Shown: in pieces, positions 29,821 through 39,541 of the stretch
How the letters are laid out: every line of letters begins with the position of its first letter
How positions within the stretch are numbered: position 1 is the stretch's first letter
Assembly: GCA_950072105.1 (NCBI GenBank)
Contig: CATMOE010000008.1
Coordinates: 1-64,000 of the forward strand
DNA length: 64,000 nt
Reading direction: 5' to 3'
DNA from: an uncultured Dehalococcoidia bacterium
Lineage (GTDB): Bacteria; Chloroflexota; Dehalococcoidia; Lucifugimonadales; UBA3495
Program-made: the position numbers and the translations under genes
Notes under the pieces: model-generated
The model's database searches: none
What the model was told of the DNA's origin: nothing
What the model saw: only the letters and a program-made list of their open reading frames with translations

Positions 29821-30744
29821 CTAGCCCTCCACCCGGTCCCATACTTGGCGTATCCGGTCAGCGGCCACCGCCACGATCCGGTCGTCAACGCCCAGAGGCG
29901 GCGTTACCGACAGAGATACGGTTGGGTGACTTTGAGCTATCCGGTCCATGCCCCCCAGAATGTTTCTCTTGAGGATTAGCCCGGGGAAAAACAGATAGGG
30001 AACGACCACGATACGCGCGACTCCCCGCTCCTCCACCAATCTCGTAGCGGCATCGTCCACCGTTGGGTCACCGTAGTGGGACTGGGCCACCGCAACAGCA
30101 TAGCCCAAACCAAGACGATTCTCTACCATGCGCCCCAAGTCCTGGAACCAGAGGCAATCGTCGTACTGGTTCTTGGTGCCTGCCTTGACCACAAGCACCC
30201 CGGTAGGACCTCCTTCCTTATTCGTAGGAGATTCTGTTTCGTTGGACAGGCCCAGACTTTGTACACGCTCCACTATGATCTCCGCCATGCGGGGATCAGG
30301 GCCCAACGATTCAGCCAGGTATAATCCCAACGAAGGCAGTTTCGCGCGTAACTCGTCCAGGATCTCGTCCATCTCCAAGGTGACATGCTTTCCCTGACCC
30401 AGCAGGTACGGGATGACCACCACCCGTTCCAGTCCCTGGTCCGCCATATTGTGGATGGACTGGTCTGGATGCGGTTCGATGAACTCCAAGCAAGAAAGCT
30501 CCACCTCGGCCCGTTGGCCGCCCAATGAGGATTGGAGGCGGTCTGCCGCATCCCTTAATCCCAATGGGGTGCTTGGACAATCCAGGCACCATGGGGGCCG
30601 TTCGTGTCCGGTCCCTCGCCAGGAACAGGAACACTCATCGGGGCTGGCGCCGCGCTGGCTGCCGTGGGCCACGAAAACAACACCCCACCGGCCGCCGCCG
30701 TTTTCGTCATTGCTACTGTCAGACATCTCCGGTCGTCCGGTCAT
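29821..30744 (-). CDS. cbiX: Two-domain CbiX/SirB-type chelatase
   Basis: AHGS, LEFIEP, PYLLGQGKH, second-domain VPYLFFPG and PLGVD; lies in the cbi operon. Confidence 0.85.
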   Translation of the reverse strand: MTGRPEMSDSSNDENGGGRWGVVFVAHGSQRGASPDECSCSWRGTGHERPPWCLDCPSTPLGLRDAADRLQSSLGGQRAEVELSCLEFIEPHPDQSIHNMADQGLERVVVIPYLLGQGKHVTLEMDEILDELRAKLPSLGLYLAESLGPDPRMAEIIVERVQSLGLSNETESPTNKEGGPTGVLVVKAGTKNQYDDCLWFQDLGRMVENRLGLGYAVAVAQSHYGDPTVDDAATRLVEERGVARIVVVPYLFFPGLILKRNILGGMDRIAQSHPTVSLSVTPPLGVDDRIVAVAADRIRQVWDRVEG

Positions 30745-31391
30745 GATGACGCCTTTTGGTCTATCAGCGACAGCAGGGCGTTGACGGTGGCCGCGGCGGC
30801 CGAGCTGCCGCCACGCCTTCCGTGCACGGTGATATAGGGGATGGGACCGGCGGCCAGTTCTTCCTTAGACTCGGCGCAGGCCACGAATCCCACGGGCATA
30901 CCGATGATTAATTTTGGCAAGGCTTTCCCTTCTTGAATCAAGTCCAGCAATGCTAACAAGGCGGTGGGGGCATTGCCAACGGCCACGACTGATCCGTTCA
31001 GATAGGGAGCTAATTCCCGAATGGCCGCAACCGAACGGGTGGTTCCCTCGCTTTGGGCGCGGGCCGCGACTTCCGGGGTGTCTATGCGGCATTGGGTGGC
31101 GACTTGATGGCTTTTGAGCAAGGCTTTGGATATTCCCATCTCCACCATCCGCACATCGGTAACGACCACGGCCCCGTCCCGAAGAGCGCCGATACCCAGG
31201 TCCACCGCTCCTGGGCTGAAGGACACGTCCAATGCTATCTGAGGGTCCCCTTCGGCCCGGACGATTCGGCTAACGACGTAGCGCTCGTTGCCGCTTAACG
31301 AGAGAGAGCCGGGCAGGGAAGCCTCCACCATTTTCAGGCTTTCCCGGTCGATCTCGTCCGGCAGCAAAGCGTATTTTTCAACCAGTGACAT
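30741..31391 (-). CDS. cbiC: Precorrin-8X methylmutase
   Basis: GNAPTAL, PVGFV, ESK and GRRGGS motifs. Confidence 0.93.
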   Translation of the reverse strand: MSLVEKYALLPDEIDRESLKMVEASLPGSLSLSGNERYVVSRIVRAEGDPQIALDVSFSPGAVDLGIGALRDGAVVVTDVRMVEMGISKALLKSHQVATQCRIDTPEVAARAQSEGTTRSVAAIRELAPYLNGSVVAVGNAPTALLALLDLIQEGKALPKLIIGMPVGFVACAESKEELAAGPIPYITVHGRRGGSSAAAATVNALLSLIDQKASS

Positions 31392-31455
31392 ATCAGTTAC
31401 TCAGACTCCGGCCGGGGTTTGAATACTAGGAGCCTCCGGCGATGCCAGGAAGGCA

Positions 31456-32739
31456 TCAACACTCCTCGGCCCCCAATTTAAAAATCTCCCGGGCCATGCG
31501 GAGGTCGCTGGGGCTTCGATGCTCCTTGAGGTAAACGGTGGGACCATGGAGAATCTTCTTGACGATAGCCTGGGTCATCGCCTCCAGGGTTGCGGTGTCA
31601 TCCGGGGATAGATCTGGGTTCATCTTCCGCAGGGTTTTTTTGAGTTCCTGCGCTCTGATGGTTTCAGCTTTGTCCCGTAGCGCGATCACCGTGGGAAGGG
31701 CTTGTTGGGCAAGGCGCCACTGAAGGAAACCTTCGGTCTCCTTGATGATCAACTCCTCCGCCTGCTCGGCTTCGTTGGCGGCGGCGATCCGGCGGGCTTC
31801 AGATACCCTGTCCAGGTCGTCCACGTCGTGAAGAAAAACGTTATCGACCAAGCCCGCTGCCGGGTCTATGTCTCTGGGTACAGCGATGTCTATCAGAAAC
31901 ATGGGCCGGTCAGGCCGGGAGGCCATGGCGTTACTGACCAGATCCGCGCCCAAGATGTATTCCGGCGAACCGGTACAGGCGACCACAAGATCGCTTTCCC
32001 GGAGGGCATCGGGCATTTCTGGAAGTGGCACGGCATGCCCGGACAGGGTCTTGGCCAGTTCCACCGCCCGATGATGGGTACGGTTAACCACGGTGATGTC
32101 CGACACGCCGGAAGAGCGCAATCCCATCGCTGCCAGGCCTCCGGCTTCTCCCGTGCCCAACACCATGGCGCTCAATCCGGTCAGATCTCCTAAGTCGCCC
32201 ACGGCCAATTCCACGCAGGCCTGGCTGACGGACATGGCATGCCGGCCGATGCCGGACTCCCGGCGTACCTTGCGTCCCACCCGTAGGGCTTGTTGGAAGA
32301 GTTGATACAACGGCCCGGTCACGGTTTCGCCGCGTACGGCCGTGTCAAAAGCTTCCCGCACCTGCCCGATTATCTGGTCTTCGCCCAACATCATCGAATC
32401 CAGGCTGGAGGCCACTCGAAAAAGGTGGCTGACGCACTCCCGTCCGCGATGAAGATAGAGGTATCTTTCGACGTCCACCAGCCGGATGTGGAAACAATCG
32501 ACCAAAAACTCTTTTATATTTTTCTCGCCTTCGCCCCATCCGGCAGACGAGTCCGACCCTTCTTGGGGATCCAAGGCGTAAAATTCGGAGCGGTTGCAGG
32601 TGGACAGGATGACGCCGGGCATTCCGTAAGCCGCCATGGTTGTCAAAGCGGAAGGAAGTTGCTCCGAATTCAGCGTTATCTTTTCCCGCACCTCCAGCGG
32701 CGCGGTACGGTGGTTCAATCCTACGACCAGGAATTCCAA
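31456..32739 (-). CDS. hemA: Glutamyl-tRNA reductase
   Basis: GLNHRTAP, STCNRSE, GEDQIIGQV and DIAVPRD motifs. Confidence 0.95.
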   Translation of the reverse strand: MEFLVVGLNHRTAPLEVREKITLNSEQLPSALTTMAAYGMPGVILSTCNRSEFYALDPQEGSDSSAGWGEGEKNIKEFLVDCFHIRLVDVERYLYLHRGRECVSHLFRVASSLDSMMLGEDQIIGQVREAFDTAVRGETVTGPLYQLFQQALRVGRKVRRESGIGRHAMSVSQACVELAVGDLGDLTGLSAMVLGTGEAGGLAAMGLRSSGVSDITVVNRTHHRAVELAKTLSGHAVPLPEMPDALRESDLVVACTGSPEYILGADLVSNAMASRPDRPMFLIDIAVPRDIDPAAGLVDNVFLHDVDDLDRVSEARRIAAANEAEQAEELIIKETEGFLQWRLAQQALPTVIALRDKAETIRAQELKKTLRKMNPDLSPDDTATLEAMTQAIVKKILHGPTVYLKEHRSPSDLRMAREIFKLGAEEC

Positions 32740-32809
32740 ATAATACTCCCTAGCTTGCCTCAACAAGAGTCCCTAGATGTGCCATTGTTCAGAGTTAAGG
32801 GCCGTTTGG

Positions 32810-32838
32810 AGTGTATTCTCGCGGCTATGCACTGTCAA
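32810..32838 (-). promoter_or_regulatory. Sigma70 promoter of the hemA-cbi operon
   Basis: TTGACA-17-TACACT on the minus strand. Confidence 0.65.
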
Positions 32839-32891
32839 CGCTGGACGCCTGGCGGTGGGGTCGCCGAAACCGAATTACATAGGCATGTGGT

Positions 32892-34286
32892 CTAGTCATC
32901 CGCCGGTGTTGAGGACAGACTTGGTGTCGGCACTACCTCGGCTTCGGCGGATTCCGGCGGTTGCAGTTGGGTCCCCAGATTTCGCACTTTGCTGTTGAGC
33001 AGACCCGGACCAATGGCGAAGGCTGCCACGAACAGCCCTCCGATCGCGATGGCGAAGGGCACCGTGATAAAGCTGAAGCCGGCCAGGGCGCTGGCCTGCA
33101 TTCCTCCCAGGGGCATTATGCTCCAGGTCATTCCGTAGAACCCCATCACCCTCCCGCGCATCCGGTCTGGCACCAGCATCTGAAGAGAACTTTGGATGGA
33201 GATCATATAGCCGGAGTTGCAGGCGCCCATGACGAACAATATGGCCATCACCACGTAGAGAGACCCGATAAACTGGGCGGCCATGGCGAAGGTGGCCACC
33301 AGCAATCCGAAAGCCACGGCGCCGCCGATGATAAATGGGCCCTTGTTCACCACATTGCCGCGGGCCCCGAACCAAATGGTGGTGAGCAGCGCGCCGATTC
33401 CACCGACGCCCAACATCAGCCCTTGTCCCCGGGCGCCCACGTCCAGGATATCCACCGCGAAGACAGGCATGAGCATGATATAGGCCATGCCGAAGAAGCT
33501 GTTGAAGAAGGTCATGCTGATGAGGAAAGAGAATATGGAATTGCGCTTTATGAAGCGGAGACCCTCCAGCATGTCCTGGGCGGCGTTGCCCCGGGAACCC
33601 CGGGGAATCGGCGGTACCTGGAGGAAGAACATGACTACCGACATCGTCAAGAACCCGGCCCCGGCTATAAAGAAGGCGGCTTCGGTGTTGATGAAGTCGA
33701 TGATGAATCCGGCTATGGCTGGGGCGATGATCCGGGTGCTCTGCCAGATGACGGAGTTCATGGCCACCGCGCTCATCATGACCTTGCGATCTATCAGGTG
33801 AGGGTAGATGGCCTGACGAGCCGGAGTATCGAAAGCCTCCACGGCGCCGGCCAGAAAAGCGATCGCCAGAATGTGCCACGGCTGCACGACATCTAATAGG
33901 GTGAGTATCGCCAGTAGAAAAATCAGGCCGGCAGTGGTGGCCTGAGTGCATACGATCAGCAGGCGCTTGTCCAGTTTGTCGGCGAATACGCCGCCAAAGA
34001 GGTTGAAGAACATACCGGGGAGGGCGTTGGCGACGCCCGCATACCCCAAGAACCAAGGCGAGTCGGTGATGAGGTAGATCAGCCAGAGTTGGCCGACACG
34101 GAACATCTGGTAACCGCTAACCGCCGCCAACATCCCGAGCCAGTAGGCCCGGTATTTGGGGTATTGCAGCGCCGGAGGTAAGAAGGATTTCGCAAACCCC
34201 CGTCTCCGGCGGCGGAATGCGGGTCCCATGGCGACGGCCATGAAGACGACGCCAAAGGCCAGAATCACCAGGCCGATGAAGGTCAT
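32892..34286 (-). CDS. MFS transporter with an extra N-terminal TM segment
   Basis: GGVFADKLDKR motif A, PDRMRGRV, and about 12 hydrophobic segments. Confidence 0.9.
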   Translation of the reverse strand: MTFIGLVILAFGVVFMAVAMGPAFRRRRRGFAKSFLPPALQYPKYRAYWLGMLAAVSGYQMFRVGQLWLIYLITDSPWFLGYAGVANALPGMFFNLFGGVFADKLDKRLLIVCTQATTAGLIFLLAILTLLDVVQPWHILAIAFLAGAVEAFDTPARQAIYPHLIDRKVMMSAVAMNSVIWQSTRIIAPAIAGFIIDFINTEAAFFIAGAGFLTMSVVMFFLQVPPIPRGSRGNAAQDMLEGLRFIKRNSIFSFLISMTFFNSFFGMAYIMLMPVFAVDILDVGARGQGLMLGVGGIGALLTTIWFGARGNVVNKGPFIIGGAVAFGLLVATFAMAAQFIGSLYVVMAILFVMGACNSGYMISIQSSLQMLVPDRMRGRVMGFYGMTWSIMPLGGMQASALAGFSFITVPFAIAIGGLFVAAFAIGPGLLNSKVRNLGTQLQPPESAEAEVVPTPSLSSTPADD

Positions 34287-34448
34287 GATGCGGGTGCGGA
34301 AGTTAACAGACCCGGTAGGATCATCCCGCGCCGATAGACCACTGGAGAGGGGACTATTTGTAGATCGGAGAGATGTCCCGGATCAGCGTTAACGCCGTGA
34401 TCAGATAAATACGTGCTTTTCCTCGATTGGCCAGGCCGTGGGTGAGTT

Positions 34449-34703
34449 TTAAACCTTGGCGGCCGGCTTATCCCGCTGGACCAGCATACCTTCCAGGATT
34501 CGCTCAAGAGCCATGGTATGGCTGCACACGCCCCTGGTGTCGAAATAGTGGCACTGACAGTCCCATCCGGCTTCGTCGTAGGTGATCTGATAAGTATTGT
34601 GGTTACCATCGAAGCTCGCCTGCAGAGTGGTGATCGTCACCCGCTCCTTCTGCTCGGCGTAGGTCCTGGACTTCTCGATCTTGCTCACTATGCTGGAGTC
34701 CAT
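34449..34703 (-). CDS. Small SWIM zinc-finger protein
   Basis: CQC...CSH; GGAGGT RBS. Confidence 0.75.
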   Translation of the reverse strand: MDSSIVSKIEKSRTYAEQKERVTITTLQASFDGNHNTYQITYDEAGWDCQCHYFDTRGVCSHTMALERILEGMLVQRDKPAAKV

Positions 34704-34859
34704 TGTCACCTCCGAACCATTTATGATTATGGGCCGTGAGATGGGCCGCCGCCCTTAAACCCCGATTGTACTATCCACCCTTATTGTAGTCGTTATGACC
34801 GGATAAATTCAAATTTTGATTCAGGCGTTGCGAGCGCGGAAAATATTCAGAGCGTTCGA

Positions 34860-34888
34860 TTGACGCTATTTGGCCCTTGGCATACAAT
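34860..34888 (+). promoter_or_regulatory. Promoter of alaS
   Basis: TTGACG-17-TACAAT. Confidence 0.6.
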
Positions 34889-34938
34889 TTCAACCACTTC
34901 AACGCGTCCCGTAATCTCAGTAAAGCGAGTCTAGAAAC

Positions 34939-37908
34939 ATGACCGGCGACGAGATCAGGAACCTATTTACCCGCTTCTTTCAAGACCGAGGCCACTTGGC
35001 CATGCCCAGCGCCTCGCTGATCCCCTCTGGAGACCCAACCTTGCTGTTTACCAGCGCCGGTATGGTCCCCTTCAAGCCCTATTTTACCGGGGAGCAGACG
35101 CCGCCCAGCATCAGGATGACTAGCAGCCAGAAGAGCTTCCGTACCACCGACATCGACGAGGTGGGCGACCACAAACACCTGACCTTTTTCGAGATGCTGG
35201 GCAACTTCAGCATCGGCGACTACTTCAAAGAGGGCGCAATTGGCTTCGCTTGGGAGTTGGTAACCAAGGAGTTTGGCCTGGACCCGGAGCGGATCTTCGT
35301 TACTATCCATCTGGATGACGACGACGCCTACCAGATCTGGCGGGATCAGGTGGGAGTCCCAGAGGAGCGCATCTACCGGTACGGCGACAGCGACAACTGG
35401 TGGGGACCCGCGGGCAACGAGGGCGCCACCGGTCCTTGTTCTGAGATCCATTATGACGGCGGACGTGACAAGGGTTGCCAGGATATGGTCACACCGGATG
35501 TCTTGACGGCCATTCTGCGGGAAGACCGGGATGCCGGCGCCAAGGCGGGTTTTCCGGATGTCCCCGGCTGCCACCCCAACTGCAACTGCGAGCGTTTCGT
35601 GGAGCTATGGAACCTGGTGTTCATGCAGTATTACCAGGACACCCAGGGCGTCCGCGAACCCCTGCCCGCTCCCAGCGTCGACACCGGAATGGGTCTGGAA
35701 CGGGCGGCGGTCATTCTCCAGGGCAAGTCCAACATCTACGAGACAGATCTCTTCGTGCCAATCATCGAGAAGGCCTGTCAGCTAACCGGCAAGACTTACG
35801 GGCAGGACCAGCAAACCGACTACGCCCTGCGGGTTGTGGCTGAACATGCCAGGTCCGCCGCATTTCTGATCGGCGACGGTGTCTCTCCCGGAAATGAGGG
35901 GCGAGGCTACGTCCTGCGCCGGATCATCCGCCGGGCCATCCGCCACGGACGTCAGTTGGGCGTGGCCGAGCTTTTCCTAGCCGAAGTCACCGAAGTAGTG
36001 CTAGGCCACTTCAGCCACGTTTATCATGAACTGGAAGAGAACCATGACTTCATTTTGCGGGTGATCCGCTCGGAGGAGGAGCGATTCGGGCGTACCTTCG
36101 AGCAGGGCAACGGTATCCTCCGCGGCTTATTCAAGCTTAGGGAGGCCGCGATCCCTATTCTGATTCAAGCCAAGAGCGATGCGGCCCAAGCAAGTGCTTT
36201 GATTACCACATTGACAGCGGCATCGTCGATCTCCGGCGATGCGGACGAATCCATTGGAGTAGACCTGGCGGTCAACTCTCTCGCTCAACGTCTGGCCGGC
36301 ACCGATCGTGGCCAGATAAATGAATCCTTGGATGAGTGGTCCGGCCGGATCAGCGGCATTGAAACGTTCATCTTGTATGCCACCCACGGCTTTCCTCCGG
36401 AACTCACCGCTGAGATCGCCCGGGAGCAAGGGCTGGAAGTGGACATGGACGGCTTCCAGCGCGAAATGGAAGTCCACGAAGAGCAGTCCAAGTCCGACCG
36501 GGCCTTCACCGGCAGTATGGAAATGCTGTCGGCCTATGAAGACTTGGGCTTGGGGGCAACGCCCTTCGTCGGATACGACGGATTGAGCCAAGAATCAACT
36601 TTGGCCGCCATTTTGGTGGGTCCTTCGACAGGCTCAGGACGAACGGAGGCGGAAGGTTCAGGACGAACGGAACCAGAGGAGCCAGGACAGATGGAACCGT
36701 CGAGCCATGCCACCCAAGGCCAGCGGGTCGAGGTGGTCCTTGCGGAGACGCCGTTCTACGCCGAGGGCGGCGGCCAGCTCGGCGACCAGGGAACGATCAC
36801 CGGTCCAAACGGGGTAGTACGGGTTGAGGACACTCAGAGCCCGGTTGCCGGTCTCATCGTCCACCGGGGCGTAGTGGAGCAGGGAGACATTTCCCTGGGG
36901 GACCAGGTAACCGCCCAAGTTGACATAATCCGCCGATTGGACGCATCCCGAAACCACAGCGGCACCCATCTGCTGCATGCTAGCCTGCGGTCGGTGCTGG
37001 GCGCCCACGTGCACCAGGCCGGTTCCCTGGTTGATCCAGACCGCCTCCGCTTCGACTTCAGCCACGTCACCGCCCTGTCTCCCCAGGAGATATTGTCGGT
37101 GCAGGCCTTGTCCAACGAAAAGGTGCGGGAAAATCTGCTGGTATCAACCCAAGAGACCACTTACGCCGAGGCGGTGCGCCAGGGAGCCCTGGCCTTTTTT
37201 GGCGACAAGTATGGCGACGTGGTCCGCATGGTCAGCATGTCCAACGGCGAGGCTTTCAGCGTTGAATTATGTGGTGGTACCCACGTTTCTGCCACCGGCC
37301 AGGTGGGTACCCTGTTCGTGCTGGGCGAGTCCTCTATAGGAGGCGGGATGCGCCGCATAGAGGCGGTCACCGGGCGGGCTGCCGAGGAGTTGTTTATCCA
37401 GCAGGCTGCGAAGCTGGAGGCGCTCTCCCAGAGATTGCAGACTCCCGTGGCCGACTTGGAAGAGCGGCTGGATAGTTTCATAAGCGATACCGAAGACCTG
37501 AGACGCCGGTTGGCGGCTCTGGAAAGGTCGACCCTGCGGTCCGAGGCCGAGGAGATACTCGGCCGGGTGGTGGATGTTGACGGGGTAAAAGTCGTGGCGG
37601 CCCGGACATCGGCGCCCGGTCCCGAAGCCATGCGTGAGATGGGAGACTTTTTGAAAGCCAAGCTATCCAGCGTCGTGGTAATGTTGGGATCGGTGGTGGA
37701 CGGTAGCCCCATTTTGATCGCCATGGTTACCCCGGATCTGGTGGACAAGGGTTTGCACGCCGGGAACTTGGCTCGGGACACCGCCAAGGTTGTGGGCGGA
37801 GGAGGCGGGGGCCGTCCGGACATGGCTCAGGCTGGCGGACGAGACGCGGGCAAGCTGGATGAGGCTCTGTCTGGGGTCCCTGAGTTGGTGAGGCAGAGCC
37901 TGTCCTGA
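34939..37908 (+). CDS. alaS: Alanine--tRNA ligase (unusually long, 989 aa)
   Basis: TFFEMLGNFS, DTGMGLER, HSGTH, ELCGGTH and GGGGGRPDMAQAG motifs. Confidence 0.97.
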   Translation: MTGDEIRNLFTRFFQDRGHLAMPSASLIPSGDPTLLFTSAGMVPFKPYFTGEQTPPSIRMTSSQKSFRTTDIDEVGDHKHLTFFEMLGNFSIGDYFKEGAIGFAWELVTKEFGLDPERIFVTIHLDDDDAYQIWRDQVGVPEERIYRYGDSDNWWGPAGNEGATGPCSEIHYDGGRDKGCQDMVTPDVLTAILREDRDAGAKAGFPDVPGCHPNCNCERFVELWNLVFMQYYQDTQGVREPLPAPSVDTGMGLERAAVILQGKSNIYETDLFVPIIEKACQLTGKTYGQDQQTDYALRVVAEHARSAAFLIGDGVSPGNEGRGYVLRRIIRRAIRHGRQLGVAELFLAEVTEVVLGHFSHVYHELEENHDFILRVIRSEEERFGRTFEQGNGILRGLFKLREAAIPILIQAKSDAAQASALITTLTAASSISGDADESIGVDLAVNSLAQRLAGTDRGQINESLDEWSGRISGIETFILYATHGFPPELTAEIAREQGLEVDMDGFQREMEVHEEQSKSDRAFTGSMEMLSAYEDLGLGATPFVGYDGLSQESTLAAILVGPSTGSGRTEAEGSGRTEPEEPGQMEPSSHATQGQRVEVVLAETPFYAEGGGQLGDQGTITGPNGVVRVEDTQSPVAGLIVHRGVVEQGDISLGDQVTAQVDIIRRLDASRNHSGTHLLHASLRSVLGAHVHQAGSLVDPDRLRFDFSHVTALSPQEILSVQALSNEKVRENLLVSTQETTYAEAVRQGALAFFGDKYGDVVRMVSMSNGEAFSVELCGGTHVSATGQVGTLFVLGESSIGGGMRRIEAVTGRAAEELFIQQAAKLEALSQRLQTPVADLEERLDSFISDTEDLRRRLAALERSTLRSEAEEILGRVVDVDGVKVVAARTSAPGPEAMREMGDFLKAKLSSVVVMLGSVVDGSPILIAMVTPDLVDKGLHAGNLARDTAKVVGGGGGGRPDMAQAGGRDAGKLDEALSGVPELVRQSLS
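36621..36695 (+). repeat. In-frame repeat insertion in alaS (three units, 24-nt period)
   Basis: CCTTCGACAGGCTCAGGACGAACGGA, AGGTTCAGGACGAACGGA, GGAGCCAGGACAGATGGA. Confidence 0.7.
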
Positions 37909-37945
37909 GTTTGACAATGGAGCTGAGACGCTGAGACTGCTGGCT

Positions 37946-38344
37946 TTGGACCTGGGAGAGAAACGTATCGGACTGGCGGTAAGCGACCCTGAAGGGAGGC
38001 TGACCCTGCCGGCGGGACACCTTCAGCGTACCAAGCTGGTTGAGGATGTGCGCCGGGTGTTGGAAGCGGCCGGGGAGCGAAGGGTAGAGGGATTGGTGGT
38101 GGGCATTCCTTATAGCATTAACGGCGAAACCGGCCCTCAGGCAAAACGGGCCCTGGTTTTCGTGAGGGCTCTCCGGAAACAAACCTCCCTGCCGGTGCAC
38201 GAAACCGACGAGCGGTACACCTCGGTGGAAGCCGAGGCGCTGATGCGGGAGGCGGGCCACCAGCCCTCCAGGGACCGCGCCGCCGTGGACGAAGCCTCGG
38301 CAGTTTTGATTCTACAGCGGTTTTTGGACGCGCGGACCGGCTGA
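37946..38344 (+). CDS. ruvX: RuvX/YqgF pre-16S rRNA nuclease
   Basis: DLGEKRIGLAVSD, DERYTS and DEASAVLILQ motifs. The true start is probably a few codons upstream. Confidence 0.9.
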   Translation: MDLGEKRIGLAVSDPEGRLTLPAGHLQRTKLVEDVRRVLEAAGERRVEGLVVGIPYSINGETGPQAKRALVFVRALRKQTSLPVHETDERYTSVEAEALMREAGHQPSRDRAAVDEASAVLILQRFLDARTG

Positions 38345-38355
38345 TGACATTGTAC

Positions 38356-38384
38356 GTAGGGGCGGGTTTAAAACCCGCCCCTAC
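38356..38384. repeat. GTAG-type REP-like palindrome
   Basis: GTAGGGGCGGGTTTAAAACCCGCCCCTAC between convergent genes. Confidence 0.75.
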
Positions 38385-38416
38385 AGCTACCTGAGATCTT
38401 TGGTCAATCCTATTAA

Positions 38417-39193
38417 CTAGTCCAGATAGGTTCGGTCGAAGTCTTCGGACAACAGATCCATCGCGTCCATGTCCCAGTCGAAGGAAAGCACCACCGAGCG
38501 GTCGGACGTCGCGGACAGCAGGCGCTTCCCATTCTTGGCCACCACGCTCTCGGCCTCCCGGTAGTCCAACTCCTCCGGCTCTTCCCCGGTGCGGTTGCAC
38601 ACCATTATCGGCAAACCGGTATCCAAGGAACGCTGCTCCCACTCGCCGTCGGGTCCGCAGCGGCCCGGACCCCACGACACAGGGGATACCAACAGCTCGG
38701 CGCCGTTGTCTTTCAACGCCTGAGCAACTTCGTTCTTGTAGGCGTCGGCGCAGATCAGGATCCCTGCCTGCACCCCACCGCATTCCACGGGTACGATCTT
38801 CGTGCCGGCGGTGGACCAAGACTCGGCGCCGCCCAGGGCTTTAATCTTGCTGTGCTTGCCGACGATATGGCCTTCTTGGTTGATAACGAACACCGTGTTG
38901 TACAGCTTGTCGGTTGCGGGGTCACGTTCGGGATGGGACAGGAAGACCGAAACGTTCCGTTTCTTGACCAACTTGCAGAATTCCTCCATCCAGGGACCTG
39001 GCTGGGGGGTGATCCAGTCGGTGCCGATCTGCTTCATGAACAGGTAACCGGGTATGCATAGCTCGGGGGTAATCACCCAGTCGGCCCCATCGTCGGCGGC
39101 CACATTAACCGCGCGCTCCACCAGCCGGCGGTTGTGTTCAATGTCGCATGTGACCGGGGCTAGGTGTAGAAATGAAACCCGCAGCTTTCGCAT
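38417..39193 (-). CDS. Carbon-nitrogen hydrolase (nitrilase superfamily)
   Basis: E-K-C triad in PEL, HSK and ICAD. Confidence 0.88.
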   Translation of the reverse strand: MRKLRVSFLHLAPVTCDIEHNRRLVERAVNVAADDGADWVITPELCIPGYLFMKQIGTDWITPQPGPWMEEFCKLVKKRNVSVFLSHPERDPATDKLYNTVFVINQEGHIVGKHSKIKALGGAESWSTAGTKIVPVECGGVQAGILICADAYKNEVAQALKDNGAELLVSPVSWGPGRCGPDGEWEQRSLDTGLPIMVCNRTGEEPEELDYREAESVVAKNGKRLLSATSDRSVVLSFDWDMDAMDLLSEDFDRTYLD

Positions 39194-39399
39194 ACTTTCC
39201 TTTTGTGTATCCGGAGGATGGAGAGTACCCGTTTGGGTGATCTCCCATCGCCGGGTTGCACCTGTATGGTTGACGGCAATTATAGCACCAGCTAGTTTTA
39301 GCCCGGAAGCCGTATTGGGTTTACTTGACGCATGGAGGCGGGGGCGGGAGAATAGAAAAGCGCATCTCCATAGATCGCCGTCTCCGGCGAACAGCGCGT

Positions 39400-39473
39400 T
39401 GCCCGGTGGTGTAGTGGTAGCACATCAGCCTTTGGAGCTGAGGGCCCTGGTTCGAGCCCAGGCCGGGTAGCCA
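39400..39473 (+). tRNA. tRNA-Gln(TTG)
   Basis: TGCCCGG/CCGGGTA acceptor stem, TCAGC-CT-TTG-GA-GCTGA anticodon arm, GGTTCGAGCCC, CCA. Confidence 0.96.
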
Positions 39474-39541
39474 GCATTCCCCTCTATATAGGGCACAGCG
39501 CTTGTGTCTGACCCATTTTTTACTGAGTGCAGGAGACTCCA

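Noticed and set aside
32896..34056. Long alternative-frame and antisense ORFs over the MFS gene (and similar shadow ORFs elsewhere)
   Set aside because: Expected by-products of GC-rich codon usage; Arg/Pro/His-rich and without motifs.
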